Below are positions 1 through 6,527 of a DNA stretch of 64,000 nucleotides, one piece after another. The stretch covers positions 169,798 through 233,797 of the forward strand of contig CAZHIA010000002.1 in NCBI GenBank assembly GCA_964532425.1, in the 5' to 3' direction. The first letter of the stretch is position 1. Each line of letters starts with the position of its first letter. The stretch is from an uncultured Candidatus Saccharibacteria bacterium (lineage in GTDB: Bacteria; Patescibacteriota; Doudnabacteria; UBA920). The notes under the pieces were generated by a model. It saw only the letters and a program-made list of their open reading frames with translations, ran no database searches and had not been told where the DNA came from. The position numbers and the translations under genes were made by a program.

Positions 1-547
1 TTCCGCAGTTGGATACCATAAAGTTGAGCGTCTGGGTGATGCCGTTTATGGTAGCTTGCTTGACCCACTGCCCCACATCGCTGCTGGACCAGGTATTGCC
101 GGATTGGCTCCAGTAGCCGTTGTTGTCCGTATTGAATGTGGTTTGATTCATCATCTGGCCGTTATGCCACGATGTCCAATTTATCGTGCCATTGCTGCCT
201 GATGGGGAACTACCCGGCATGCTTATTGTATAGGTAGGGGTTTGCCCGACGCAGGCCTGCTGATTCCAGGTGAGGGAAAAATTTTGTCCCTGCGGAGTAT
301 AATTTTGGCCAGAGTAATTTTGTTGCGTGTTTCCGGAGTAGTACTGCGGTGCGGTGTCATCATAATCTGTATATACGGGAGTGCTAGGGCTCGGAACTGA
401 AGTGGTGGGGATATATTGGTAGCACGACGAGGCATTACTTCCACCACAACCAGCTTGAGCGACGGTGGCTGCCGGCTTAGGGCCGTAGGTTGACCATATC
501 GCGAGTACGAGAGCGATAATCGCGGTTATAACGATATATTTTTGCAT
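1..547 (-). CDS. secreted or membrane-anchored hypothetical protein, N-terminal part only (gene runs off the window start)
   Basis: ATG at 547-545 with AGGAG about 8 nt upstream. The frame stays open to the window edge, so it is absent from the ORF track. An N-terminal hydrophobic helix is followed by a Ser/Thr/Asn/Gln-rich low-complexity region. Confidence 0.5.
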   Translation of the reverse strand, partial: MQKYIVITAIIALVLAIWSTYGPKPAATVAQAGCGGSNASSCYQYIPTTSVPSPSTPVYTDYDDTAPQYYSGNTQQNYSGQNYTPQGQNFSLTWNQQACVGQTPTYTISMPGSSPSGSNGTINWTSWHNGQMMNQTTFNTDNNGYWSQSGNTWSSSDVGQWVKQATINGITQTLNFMVSNCG

Positions 548-656
548 AATAAATCTCCTTACAGTTAACGTTGCCTGTAAGGAGACGAATGGGATAGGGG
601 GTAATTAAATTGATAAAAGATTTGGGATTTGAGAGACGGGCAGCTTACGTATGCCC

Positions 657-1745
657 CTACAAAGACAAATTCGAGTCCGCCTGCACCGCTGCCGGTTTGG
701 GCAACTTTTTCTTTCCCATCAATTGGAAGGCGGCAGCAATGCCGATCATTTCAGCATTGTCAGTGGTGAGGTTGGCTTCCGGTACAAAAAATTTCAGACC
801 AGCAGCATCGCTAGTTTGGCGGAGAGATTCACGCAACTGCCGATTGGCGGAGACTCCGCCGGAGAGGGAAATGGATTTGGCTTTGTATTCTTTGGCTGCC
901 CGCATGGCTTTGGCGAGCAGGACATCGACAACAGCTTGCTGGAAGCTGGCGCAAACACTAGTTTTTAGTTTATAGTTTATAGTTTGTAGGGGACGGTCGC
1001 GACCGTCCCGTACAGAGCTATCACGAAGATAATACAGGACCGCAGTCTTCAGACCGGCGAATGAAAAGTTGTACTCCTTGGAATTTATCATCGGACGGGG
1101 GAAGGGGATTGATGGTTGTCCTTTTTCGGCCAGCTTACTCACTTCGGGACCGCCGGGGTAGGGAAGTTTGAGTAGTTTGGCGACCTTGTCGAACGCTTCT
1201 CCGGCGGCATCGTCGACGGTTTGTCCCAGCACTTTATAATGGTATGGGTCTTTCATGAGCACCAAGGTGGTGTGCCCACCGCTGACGATCAAAGCGATTT
1301 GCGGGTAGACATCCTTAATCTGTAATCCTAAATCCTGAATCTTGCCTATGGGTGAATAGAGGTGGCCGCTTAAGTGGTTTACCGGAATAAGGGGTTTATG
1401 CATAGCCAGCGCAAGCATCTTGGCGAATTCTACGCCGACAATTAAAGACGGGATAAGCCCTGGGCCCTGGGTGACGGAGACATAATCAATCGCCTCAAGC
1501 GGACAATGGCTGGTAGAGAGTGCCTTTTCGACCACTGGTGCTATGGCAAGAATATGGGCCCGCGCGGCAACTTCCGGTACCACGCCGCCCATCTTGGCAT
1601 GGAGCCTGATTTGGGATTTGACGATCGACGATAGGGTTTGGAGGATCGGGAATTTTCCGGCTTTTTGCATTGAGATAACGCTCGCAGCTGTTTCGTCGCA
1701 GCTGGTTTCTATGGCAAGTATGAGAATTTTTTCGGTATTGACCAT
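657..1745 (-). CDS. tsaD: tRNA N6-adenosine threonylcarbamoyltransferase TsaD (Kae1/Gcp family)
   Basis: 362-aa product with an N-terminal 'LAIETSCDETAASV' motif, a conserved 'SGGHT' motif and a C-terminal 'LSGGVSANRQLRE' motif typical of TsaD. Confidence 0.9.
   Translation of the reverse strand: MVNTEKILILAIETSCDETAASVISMQKAGKFPILQTLSSIVKSQIRLHAKMGGVVPEVAARAHILAIAPVVEKALSTSHCPLEAIDYVSVTQGPGLIPSLIVGVEFAKMLALAMHKPLIPVNHLSGHLYSPIGKIQDLGLQIKDVYPQIALIVSGGHTTLVLMKDPYHYKVLGQTVDDAAGEAFDKVAKLLKLPYPGGPEVSKLAEKGQPSIPFPRPMINSKEYNFSFAGLKTAVLYYLRDSSVRDGRDRPLQTINYKLKTSVCASFQQAVVDVLLAKAMRAAKEYKAKSISLSGGVSANRQLRESLRQTSDAAGLKFFVPEANLTTDNAEMIGIAAAFQLMGKKKLPKPAAVQADSNLSL
959..1009. repeat. four tandem TAGTTTN heptamers followed by a perfect 20-bp palindrome (gggacggtcgcgaccgtccc, 990-1009), in frame inside tsaD
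   Basis: Read directly from the sequence. On the coding strand it translates as '...RDGRDRPLQTINYKLKT...', which appears to be an insertion relative to E. coli TsaD as I recall it. Confidence 0.6.
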
Positions 1746-1926
1746 GGTAAGAAATTAATTTATCCTATTGATACATTGCCTGGCGGAAGCTCTGCTGGTA
1801 ACACAGTACGGAAGACCATCCTTCGGGGCGACCCAGGAAAACTTTCCTCCAACCACCGCATGCAGATGCGCTCCGCCTTTTGATGCAAACCCATATCCCA
1901 GGAGGAATTATAGAATTGTAACCGTA

Positions 1927-1957
1927 CGGGGTGCTGGCCTGGCACCCCCTTTTTTAT
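1927..1957 (+). terminator. rho-independent terminator with no upstream plus-strand ORF
   Basis: Hairpin ggggtgc(tggcctg)gcacccc followed by a T6 tract. The U-tract orientation matches the plus strand only. Confidence 0.5.
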
Positions 1958-2086
1958 TAGTAGTCTCTAATATACGAATCAAGCACAAATATACTAATGC
2001 CGCACACCGTCCTTAATATTTTAGAACGGCCAATGGCCATTCGTATATTTTGCGCTATATTCGTTATATTCGAGATTACTATATTA

Positions 2087-2599
2087 CTATATAAGAGCCT
2101 TGCTATTATGCGTTTGCCGTATTGCTACCAGAAGTGACCAGGCGGTGCCGGTGATGATCAGAAGAATGCCGAGTGTCAGGATGGTATTTGCAATCCCGTG
2201 CGTGTGCCGCAGTTGGCCGGTCATGACAAGGAGCCAGTTCCAGTCGTGGATGGTTGAGTCGCCGCCGAGCAGTGGCAATTCCATAGCCAGAGCATCTGCG
2301 GCATATCGTGCTACATTGGCCAAGCTTTGTCCGGCCCACATGAGGACAATGCCGGCAGACCAGCCATCGTTCCTTTTCCAGAAGTAGGCGGCGAATAAAA
2401 GGGGAATAATCACTTGCAGCAGACTGCCGCCGGCAACCGCTAGGAACTGGCCGAACGGAAGGAATATCCAGTGACCGGCTTCGTGGATTATGAGATTAAC
2501 GCTATCGATAAAGTGCCAGTCGCCCCAGGTTCTCGCGCAGTAGAAGAAGTAGGTAGCTGCCAACAAAGTTCCAAATATCTTAAGGTGGCTTTTAGCCAT
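2087..2599 (-). CDS. polytopic membrane protein with an HExxH (HEAGH) zinc-metallopeptidase-like motif
   Basis: 170-aa product with several hydrophobic helices and the motif 'IIHEAGHWIF'. Confidence 0.55.
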   Translation of the reverse strand: MAKSHLKIFGTLLAATYFFYCARTWGDWHFIDSVNLIIHEAGHWIFLPFGQFLAVAGGSLLQVIIPLLFAAYFWKRNDGWSAGIVLMWAGQSLANVARYAADALAMELPLLGGDSTIHDWNWLLVMTGQLRHTHGIANTILTLGILLIITGTAWSLLVAIRQTHNSKALI

Positions 2600-2637
2600 G
2601 GGAATGATATAATTGAGAGGAACAAGCCATGTAACTT

Positions 2638-2687
2638 GTAGTGCAGGCCCTTGGCCTGCTTTTGGCAGGGCACGGCCCTGCGCTACA
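2638..2687. repeat. imperfect ~22-bp-arm inverted-repeat element; one arm also occurs at 17127-17149
   Basis: Arms tgtagtgcaggcccttggcctgc and gcagggcacggccctgcgctaca flank a 'ttttg' centre. It lies in the divergent intergenic region. Confidence 0.4.
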
Positions 2688-2761
2688 TCTGATTGCCAAT
2701 GGTTACATGTAAAAAAGTTGCTTGCCTAGGCATTATACCAACAATTAACGAACCATGGTAT

Positions 2762-3202
2762 ATGGAAATTAATACGAAGATCAATAAAGTCAGCGATAAG
2801 CTGCAAGGATTCAAGCAGTTCATAATGAGAGGGAATGTCGTCGACTTGGCGGTCGGCGTCGTGATTGGCGCAGCCTTTAGCTCGGTAGTAAATTCTTTGG
2901 TCAAAGGGATGCTGACGCCGCTCATTGGTGCAATTGCCCGGGTACCGGATTTTTCGGGCCTGTATTTTACGCTCAATGGCAGCAAGTTCCTATATGGCGA
3001 TTTCATTAATGCGATCATCTCATTCGTGATCGTGGCTGCGACAGTGTACTTTTTTGTCGTGGTGCCCTTGAATGCTATGGTGAAAAAATTCCAGAAAGAA
3101 CCGCTGCCTGATCCGAATATTACTAAGTGCCCGGAGTGTTTGAGCGATATTCTGAAAGAGGCCAAGCGCTGCAAATATTGCACTGCCCAGCTGAAAGCAT
3201 AA
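2762..3202 (+). CDS. mscL: large-conductance mechanosensitive channel MscL with a C-terminal Cys4 extension
   Basis: Motif 'FKQFIMRGNVVDLAVGVVIGAAF' matches the MscL N-terminus. The start was moved to the internal ATG (aa 24 of the ORF). The C-terminus carries 'CPEC...CKYC'. Confidence 0.8.
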   Translation: MEINTKINKVSDKLQGFKQFIMRGNVVDLAVGVVIGAAFSSVVNSLVKGMLTPLIGAIARVPDFSGLYFTLNGSKFLYGDFINAIISFVIVAATVYFFVVVPLNAMVKKFQKEPLPDPNITKCPECLSDILKEAKRCKYCTAQLKA

Positions 3203-3208
3203 TAAGAA

Positions 3209-3234
3209 CCCGCAGCACCTGCTGCGGGTTTTAT
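3209..3234 (+). terminator. rho-independent terminator of mscL
   Basis: Hairpin cccgcagc(acct)gctgcggg followed by ttttat. Confidence 0.7.
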
Positions 3235-3253
3235 CTGGTATAATACAGGTATC

Positions 3254-3724
3254 ATGAAATTTCGGCATTTTCTCCATCGGGCTAAACGCATCAAGCGGCT
3301 GACTCAGCTGATCGTGCTGATGAGCTTTTTAATAACCTTCGGACTGGTTCGTGCCATTACCCATCTTCAAAAAGCGGGTTACCTGCCGAACCAGACGGGA
3401 GACGTGCATGTCCACCATCTGGTCCCTGGAATTTTTCTGTTGCTTATTACCGGATACATTGGGTTGTCATTCTGGCATCATGCAAAGCTCCGCCAAATGA
3501 TGGCCGTGCTCTACGGCGTTGGCGCCGCTCTCGTTATGGATGAGTTCGCACTGTGGCTGTATTTGCATGATGTCTACTGGAGCGAGCAGGGAAGGGATAG
3601 TATTGATGCGGTAATTATTACGACCGCTCTGATGATCCTGGTCTTTGTGGTTAGCGAGATCTATGATATCCGTAGTAGCCGCATAAAGCACCTGCACGAA
3701 CAGGAGAATCAGGAAAAAGAATAA
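3254..3724 (+). CDS. hypothetical membrane protein
   Basis: 156-aa product with four predicted transmembrane helices; no recognisable motif. Confidence 0.55.
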   Translation: MKFRHFLHRAKRIKRLTQLIVLMSFLITFGLVRAITHLQKAGYLPNQTGDVHVHHLVPGIFLLLITGYIGLSFWHHAKLRQMMAVLYGVGAALVMDEFALWLYLHDVYWSEQGRDSIDAVIITTALMILVFVVSEIYDIRSSRIKHLHEQENQEKE

Positions 3725-3765
3725 CCGCCCAGCCCTTTCCAAAGAAAGAGCTGGACGGTTTTTTG
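3725..3765. terminator. hairpin plus T-tract between convergent genes
   Basis: Arms ccgcccagc and gctggacgg, followed by ttttttg. Confidence 0.4.
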
Positions 3766-3769
3766 TTGT

Positions 3770-4012
3770 TTACTCGGCGGTCCAGCCGCAGCCGGGGCTG
3801 GTGCAACGGGCGTGGACGAGAGGGCCACCTTCAGACATTTTAAGCGTGTCCTCAGTAGTCTCTTTTTCGGTCGGTTTTAGAGTTTTTTGTCCACACTTCG
3901 GACAATCGAATCGTTTGTAGATTCCGGCTGTTGCTGCGCTGTGCTGGCTCTGCTGCCAACGCATGAGGTTGAGCCTGCTGCGGACTGCGCCATAGCCTCT
4001 ATTTCTTCTCAT
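3770..4012 (-). CDS. small zinc-ribbon protein
   Basis: Start re-assigned to the ATG at 4012, which has an AGGAGG Shine-Dalgarno (SD) sequence. The product carries 'CPKCG ... CTSPGC'. Confidence 0.5.
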   Translation of the reverse strand: MRRNRGYGAVRSRLNLMRWQQSQHSAATAGIYKRFDCPKCGQKTLKPTEKETTEDTLKMSEGGPLVHARCTSPGCGWTAE

Positions 4013-4029
4013 GTGATCCTCCTGGTGAA

Positions 4030-4065
4030 AGATTACTTTACCAGATTTATTGTTGTTTGTCAAGA
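4030..4065 (-). promoter_or_regulatory. sigma70-like promoter (TTGACA, 17-nt spacer, TAAAGT) for the zinc-ribbon gene
   Basis: On the minus strand: ttgacaaacaacaataaatctggtaaagt. Confidence 0.4.
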
Positions 4066-4140
4066 CTAAAAATAAAACAGCACAAAGTATGCTTTGTGCT
4101 GGCAGTGATTATTCAATTGGTTGATCGATTGATGGAGCAG

Positions 4141-4380
4141 TTACTTTAGCAAGGAATCCAGGGCATCCTTTGCGAAACCAATGACGATGTAATCATCTAT
4201 TTGGATGACCGGTGTTGAGGTTTGTCCGCTGATTGTTACCATGTGCTCTGCCGCTTGCCCATCCTTGGAGACATCGATGTCCGTGTACTGCAATTTGCGT
4301 TTTCTAAAATATGCTTTGGCCAACTGGCAAAAGGCGCAGGAGGGCATGGAGTAAATAGTGATCTCGGGGATGTTGTTCAT
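4141..4380 (-). CDS. glutaredoxin/NrdH-like thiol-disulfide oxidoreductase
   Basis: Thioredoxin-fold motif 'ITIYSMPSCAFCQLAKAYF' with a CxxC pair. Start set at the internal ATG (aa 27 of the ORF). Confidence 0.7.
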   Translation of the reverse strand: MNNIPEITIYSMPSCAFCQLAKAYFRKRKLQYTDIDVSKDGQAAEHMVTISGQTSTPVIQIDDYIVIGFAKDALDSLLK

Positions 4381-4443
4381 ATTGATATCATACAGCTGCG
4401 ATCTTGGCGGGCCCCTCCTGCCTGCCGGTAGGCAGGGTCGGCA

Positions 4444-4574
4444 GGCCCTACGCTGCAAGACACTGTTCCCTGTAGGGGCGTGCGATAGCAGCCCGCAGAG
4501 ACTCCTGTAAATACATCAGACTGGCGGATAAATCCGGCCCCTACGACTGCAGACCGCCCCTGTAGGGGCAAGCG
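4444..4574. repeat. two diverged ~40-nt hairpin-forming direct repeats separated by ~50 bp
   Basis: Unit 1 (4444-4484) is ggccctacgctgcaagacactgttccctgtaggggcgtgcg. Unit 2 (4536-4574) is ggcccctacgactgcagaccgcccctgtaggggcaagcg. Confidence 0.4.
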
Positions 4575-4676
4575 GTCCTGTCCGCCGAAGCCTTGGCGAA
4601 GGCGGAAGCTTCCCGCCTCTTCATATAACTATCATACCATACGGGAGAGTTCAAGATGGTTTTTATTTACCACAAA

Positions 4677-5327
4677 CTATTCGTCAATGGGTCGAATAAT
4701 CTCCGGCGAGTCATTCTTCGATGAGTTCACTGCGGTTGAAACAGGAATGGCATGCATGACTGCGTCCGGGTAAGGTGCAAGCATGGACAGTAGTTCATCC
4801 GGTGTCCCATCGTGGTTGAGCCACGCCTGTTCGAGTTCACGTGGCAATATGGCGGGCATGCGGTTGTGGACTCGCGCGACGAGCGGATTTGGGTTTAGCG
4901 TGATAATGGCGAACTGCGTGGCGTGATCAGGGCCGGTGTCATACAGTCCGGCGAACGCAAAGAGTTCACCACCGCCCACCGTAAAACGGTATGGCTGTTT
5001 TGTCTTGCCGATGTGGGACCATTCGTAAAATCCGTCCGCAGGCACCAAGCAGCGCTTGCCCGCAAAGAGGGAAGTAAAGAAACGTTTGGTATCGAGACTC
5101 TCTTTGCGCACGTTGAAAATTATTCCGCCTTTCATGAAAGCGGGGGTAAGGCCCCACGATGCAGTAACAAGGCCGTTCTGCAATTCCGTGTCGCGCTTGA
5201 GGATGATCGGCAGTTGTTGAGTAGGACGGGCGTTGTAACGGGGAGGAAGCTCCACTTTGTTGTACCCGGCATTGAACCTTCGGCCGATTTCTTTGAATGG
5301 ATGGATGACTGAAAATGCTCCGCACAT
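4677..5327 (-). CDS. yedK: SOS response-associated peptidase (SRAP; YedK/HMCES family abasic-site processing protein)
   Basis: Motifs 'MCGAF', 'DGFYEW' and 'HNRMP' are present. Start set to the ATG that places Cys at position 2, which is the family's catalytic nucleophile. Confidence 0.8.
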   Translation of the reverse strand: MCGAFSVIHPFKEIGRRFNAGYNKVELPPRYNARPTQQLPIILKRDTELQNGLVTASWGLTPAFMKGGIIFNVRKESLDTKRFFTSLFAGKRCLVPADGFYEWSHIGKTKQPYRFTVGGGELFAFAGLYDTGPDHATQFAIITLNPNPLVARVHNRMPAILPRELEQAWLNHDGTPDELLSMLAPYPDAVMHAIPVSTAVNSSKNDSPEIIRPIDE

Positions 5328-5531
5328 AGATGTATTATAAGCTATAGGCTCTCTCATGCAAGACGGCTTGGCCTGCCAGAACAGACACTTTGGCCGACAC
5401 GGACAGTGGCGGTTTGCGTCTTAAATGACAGGAGAATTTCTTAAGGAGGAAATGCGAAGTTTGCATGGCCGGTTGAGTGAATTCTCCACGGCAGGATGCC
5501 TGCCAGAGGCGGTACCACTAAGGAGAAAATA

Positions 5532-5987
5532 ATGCCACAAAAATCGGTTGCCAAACCGAAGCGTTCCGCTCCGGCATTGACCAAGCGGGAGATTGTCGAA
5601 CAGAACCAGCATTTAAGTAATCAGGATCTGCTCAAATTATTGCACCGGAGCGGGTACACGGAAGCGACTATTTACACCATAAACGGCATTCAATCCCAAT
5701 TGCATCGGCACAGAAAGACCGGTGCCGGATTAAAGACAGTGACGGTCGGGCCCCCGGCTGCCACAGTTAAAAGCGCTGCCGTGCCTGCAGAACCACACAC
5801 ATCGGAATCCGGCGGGTCGCAAGCCGGTCACGGTTCCGAAAAAGACGTGGTCGCCCAAGCACGGGACTGGTATAACCAGCGCGATGCATATTTGCAGGAT
5901 ATCCGCGAAGAGCGGGAGCGTTTGCAGAAGCGTCTTTCCGAACTCGATGAGGCCGAGCGTCTCATTAACGGCATGCAACAATCGTAA
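5532..5987 (+). CDS. hypothetical protein with a coiled-coil C-terminus
   Basis: ATG at 5532 with AGGAG 7 nt upstream; no recognisable domain. Confidence 0.55.
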   Translation: MPQKSVAKPKRSAPALTKREIVEQNQHLSNQDLLKLLHRSGYTEATIYTINGIQSQLHRHRKTGAGLKTVTVGPPAATVKSAAVPAEPHTSESGGSQAGHGSEKDVVAQARDWYNQRDAYLQDIREERERLQKRLSELDEAERLINGMQQS

Positions 5988-6014
5988 CAAGCCAGCCTCT
6001 TTCAGCCTCGTCTC

Positions 6015-6046
6015 CGCCTTCGGGCGGATCGGCGGGGTTGTTTTTA
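6015..6046 (+). terminator. hairpin ccgcc(ttcg)ggcgg followed by a T-rich tract
   Basis: Read directly from the sequence. Confidence 0.4.
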
Positions 6047-6071
6047 AATAGACTTTTTGTACGACCAACTG

Positions 6072-6100
6072 TTGACAGTATGACCTATTTATGGTATTTT
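6072..6100 (+). promoter_or_regulatory. sigma70-like promoter (TTGACA, 17-nt spacer, TATTTT) upstream of acpS
   Basis: ttgacagtatgacctatttatggtatttt. Confidence 0.45.
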
Positions 6101-6137
6101 TATTTGTTTTGTACCTACACAGAAATCAGGGGGAAAA

Positions 6138-6527
6138 ATGAACGAAATTGTGAGTGAACATGTTTCGGCGTCCTTAGCTGCCATACAGGGTTTTCCTGTT
6201 GTTAGCTGTGGTATGGACATTGTTCATATTCCGACTTTCAGAGACCGCATGGTGCCAGCTGTCTTGGAGCGGACGCTGACCGATTACGAGCTTCGGGAAT
6301 TTCCCCGGCTCGAAAGCAAGGCGGGTCTGTTTGCCGCCAAGGAAGCGTTCATGAAAGCAGTTCACCGAAAGATCGACTGGCACGAAGTCTGGGTAGAGCG
6401 CAAGCTGAACGGACAGCCAGTCCTGCACAGCTTGTGCATGCCGGACGGATGTATTGCGCTGGTAACCATTTCACATGACGGCGATTATGCCGCCGCTGTA
6501 GTCTTGATCGGGAGGAAACCAGAATGA
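6138..6527 (+). CDS. acpS: holo-[acyl-carrier-protein] synthase (4'-phosphopantetheinyl transferase)
   Basis: Motifs 'GMDIVHI', 'FAAKEAFMKA' and 'ISHDGDYAAAVV' are present. There is an AGGGGG SD sequence. The TGA stop overlaps the next start (ATGA). Confidence 0.85.
   Translation: MNEIVSEHVSASLAAIQGFPVVSCGMDIVHIPTFRDRMVPAVLERTLTDYELREFPRLESKAGLFAAKEAFMKAVHRKIDWHEVWVERKLNGQPVLHSLCMPDGCIALVTISHDGDYAAAVVLIGRKPE

Noticed and set aside
610-975. Plus-strand ORFs (610-975, 651-968) inside tsaD
   Set aside because: They are antisense to a strongly supported conserved gene and arise from GC-rich sequence.
1768-2016. Plus-strand 82-aa ORF
   Set aside because: It reads straight through an intrinsic terminator hairpin and T-tract. 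The region is more likely a small non-coding transcript.
4444-4574. CRISPR array
   Set aside because: There are only two copies at ~85% identity with unequal spacing, and no cas genes in the window. It is better explained as a REP-like repeat pair.
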